Shown here piece by piece: positions 61,529-64,000 of a DNA stretch of 64,000 nucleotides. Below the pieces are notes generated by a model. That model was given only the letters and a program-made list of their open reading frames with translations. It was not told where the DNA came from and ran no database searches. The stretch is from Antedon mediterranea (lineage: Eukaryota > Animalia > Echinodermata). The stretch covers positions 22,183,175 through 22,247,174 of the forward strand of contig NC_092677.1 of the NCBI RefSeq assembly GCF_964355755.1. The letters run 5' to 3'. Position 1 is the first letter of the stretch; every line of letters begins with the position of its first letter. The position numbers were made by a program, and so were the translations under genes.

Positions 61529-64000
61529 TTTCTTGTTAAACTATCTTATTTGTGCTCTTATTTGTGTTCGAGTAGAGAGGCTATAAACTCAGGGAAGGAA
61601 AATGTAGTATCCTCCCTTTTCACCAAGATAAAAATGAAATGAAAAAAGAGGAATGCAAAGGTTTGAAAGTTAGATATTTAGAATGATAGCATGCAATAAT
61701 ATATGTAATGAAAACCATAAGGTTAGAGTCAATACACTGTGCGAAACACTTCATACCCGATGTCACCTTGGTACAACTACTATTTACAATTTGTATTTAC
61801 GATATAAAATATTGCAAATATAGAAAAATATATATATTGGACAAATACAAATACATGCAGATAACATTGACATGTATACAATATGAATATTGCAAATATA
61901 GAAATATATATATATATTAAAAAATAAATACCAATAATTACAGATTTCATATAAGTTATTAAAATTGTCTAAAAATATAATCAAGGGTTACATTTAAAAT
62001 CACTTGAAATAAAAAAGGTCTACACATTTATATTAAACTTATACAGCATATGTCACACTAATATAAAATACAATTGTAAAACGTAGGCATAGAGATCTCC
62101 AGCACATATATATTTTAATTATTCAATAGGTTAAATATCCTGTCTTTACTCTTTTTCCATTTCTGATCAGCAGTATAAAAGTTATACGAATACTCATTAT
62201 TTATGAGGTTTATAATTTCATTTTTTAATAGCCCCCAAATATTTGCAGATTCTTTTTTTTTTCTGTCGTTTCTAGTTCTTTATATATTATGGAGTATTTA
62301 TATATACAAAAAGTAAAAACTGAAATTAATTCGTTTACAAGTTTGTTTGTTGTTCCAAAAATTACATTAACCCACTTTGGGAAGTCTTGCTGTACTGTAA
62401 CCTCATTTGGAAGACACTGAACCAGCATATCTTTAAACTTTTTCCAGACTGGTTGAATAGTTTTACATGCAATTAATAAGTGTTTTTCATTTTCTATATG
62501 ATTCTTACACTTATTACATTTGTCTGTTGTGGATAATTTCCATCTTTTTAGTCTTTTTTTACATATAAGGATTCGATGTAACAACTTAAAATTAAATTGA
62601 GCTACTTTTACCATGTGTTTCATTCTACATACTTTTCTATTCCATATTTCATTACAGTCAATAATTTCATCTCTAAATTCTATTTCCCATTTCTTTTGAG
62701 GATTTGGAATAATACATATACCATTTATAAACTGCTTATAATCTTAAGACGATCTTATCCTATTATGAAATATATTATGTTCTCTAAATTGTATATCTAT
62801 GCATGCATTTTCCATATATCAGGTATTGCATTTATTGTTGCAAAGTATTCAATTAATCCCTTCTGTTTATTTGACCGAGTTGGAATAATTTCTGCTGCAG
62901 TCAATAACCTGTTATTTACGACTATATCATTTACTCTTTTGTATCCAGAGTTTAACCAGGTGTTGAAATATAGAGATTTTCCCTCAATTGATGTTATAAA
63001 TATGTTTTCCCATAAGTGTTGTGACTTAATTTCTTGTAAATTTTGCGGCTCTAAACAATATACAATATTGTTTAATTTAAAAGCTGATTTCAACATATTC
63101 ATATAAAATACTGGCATATTTTTTAATTTAGTATGCGCTTCAGTATTTAATTTACTACAATTCGCAGTATAATCAACTGGATGCATATAGTAGTTTGGAA
63201 TACATTTCCAAATACCTGGGTTAGGATTTAACAGTCTATTAACCCAACTCAACTTCAGAGAGTCCACTAAGATATTAAAATTCACCATATTTATACCACC
63301 TTTATCTACTGTGTTTATAAGAGTTTTTCCTTTAATTTTTTCCCTTTTTCCTCCCCACAAAATCTATATAACAATGTATCAACTTTTGGAAAGATATAAG
63401 ATGGTACATCTATTATACAAGCATTGTATATTAACTTCGAAATGGCAAGAGATTTTATTACTGTTGCCTTGCCAAAAAACGTAAGGTTTCGTTTTTCCCA
63501 TAGTTTTAGTGTATTCTCTAATTTTAAAACTGTATCATCCCAATTTCGTTTAACACAAGTATGTTTATCATACCCTACGTAGATTCCAAGGAATTTTACT
63601 GGTTCTTTGGTCCATTTGATATTAAATGGCGATGTTTGTTTGTTCTTATTTGCTCCAATCCAAATTCCTTTCGATTTACTTTTATTTAACCTTAAACCTG
63701 ATATTGAACAGAACATTTTCAATTTCACACAGAAAATGGTTTAAACTAATTTCATCCTTTGTAAATATTACAGTATCGTCAGCTAGTTGAGCTATTTTAA
63801 CAATATGATCTTCATTTTCATAAAGCAGACAAAGGACAACCCTGTCTTACACCACATCTCATATTGAATATTTCAGATATCCAACCATTGTGGGTTACAA
63901 GGCATTGCGTATCTGTATATATAGTTTTTATTAAGTTAATAAATCACTGTCCAAAACCATATCTTTTCAGACATATAAACATTAAATTTCTATCTATAGA
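61525..64000 (-). pseudogene. Tx1/L1 fragment, copy 3, retaining the probable complete 3' UTR (runs off window)
   Basis: Collinear with 247-2480. An extra ~255 bp runs to a short T tract at 61525-61531 abutting the satellite. ORFs at 62225-62623, 62797-63360 and 63315-63728. Confidence 0.9.

Noticed and set aside
247-64000. Three independent Tx1 insertions as proof of site-specific retrotransposition
   Set aside because: The shared 5' junction and shared internal deletion show one insertion that was later duplicated.

Overview
This is AT-rich, repeat-only animal (eukaryotic) heterochromatin-like DNA. I found no host gene, rRNA, tRNA or CRISPR array. An invertebrate deuterostome such as an echinoderm is plausible, but that is inference only. 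The backbone is a composite macro-unit present about 2.x times in tandem: a 5'-truncated Tx1/L1 fragment, a 25-bp satellite, an ~87-bp satellite, an ~187-bp satellite, a variable middle, a Crack/CR1-type 3' fragment, then more 25-bp satellite. Each copy carries its own younger insertions. These are: an intact Ty3/Gypsy element (9135-17658; 614-bp LTRs identical by eye, ATTA TSD, -1 gag-pol frameshift signal, unusual HHDD RT motif); a near-intact L2-type LINE (26224-31824; SGNH-esterase ORF1, AUG-less ORF2, long G-U-rich 3'-UTR hairpin); a decayed full-length CR1-group LINE with a 2A/StopGo-like peptide (49494-54050); a 2.1-kb non-autonomous DNA transposon with asymmetric, RSS/Transib-like bipartite ends (42461-44564); a Mutator-type MITE with a 9-bp TSD; a hAT transposase remnant beside an inverted satellite variant; and a Deu/Nin-domain SINE. 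Most short ORFs in the ORF track are artefacts of the 25-bp satellite. All alignments and folds were done by eye.
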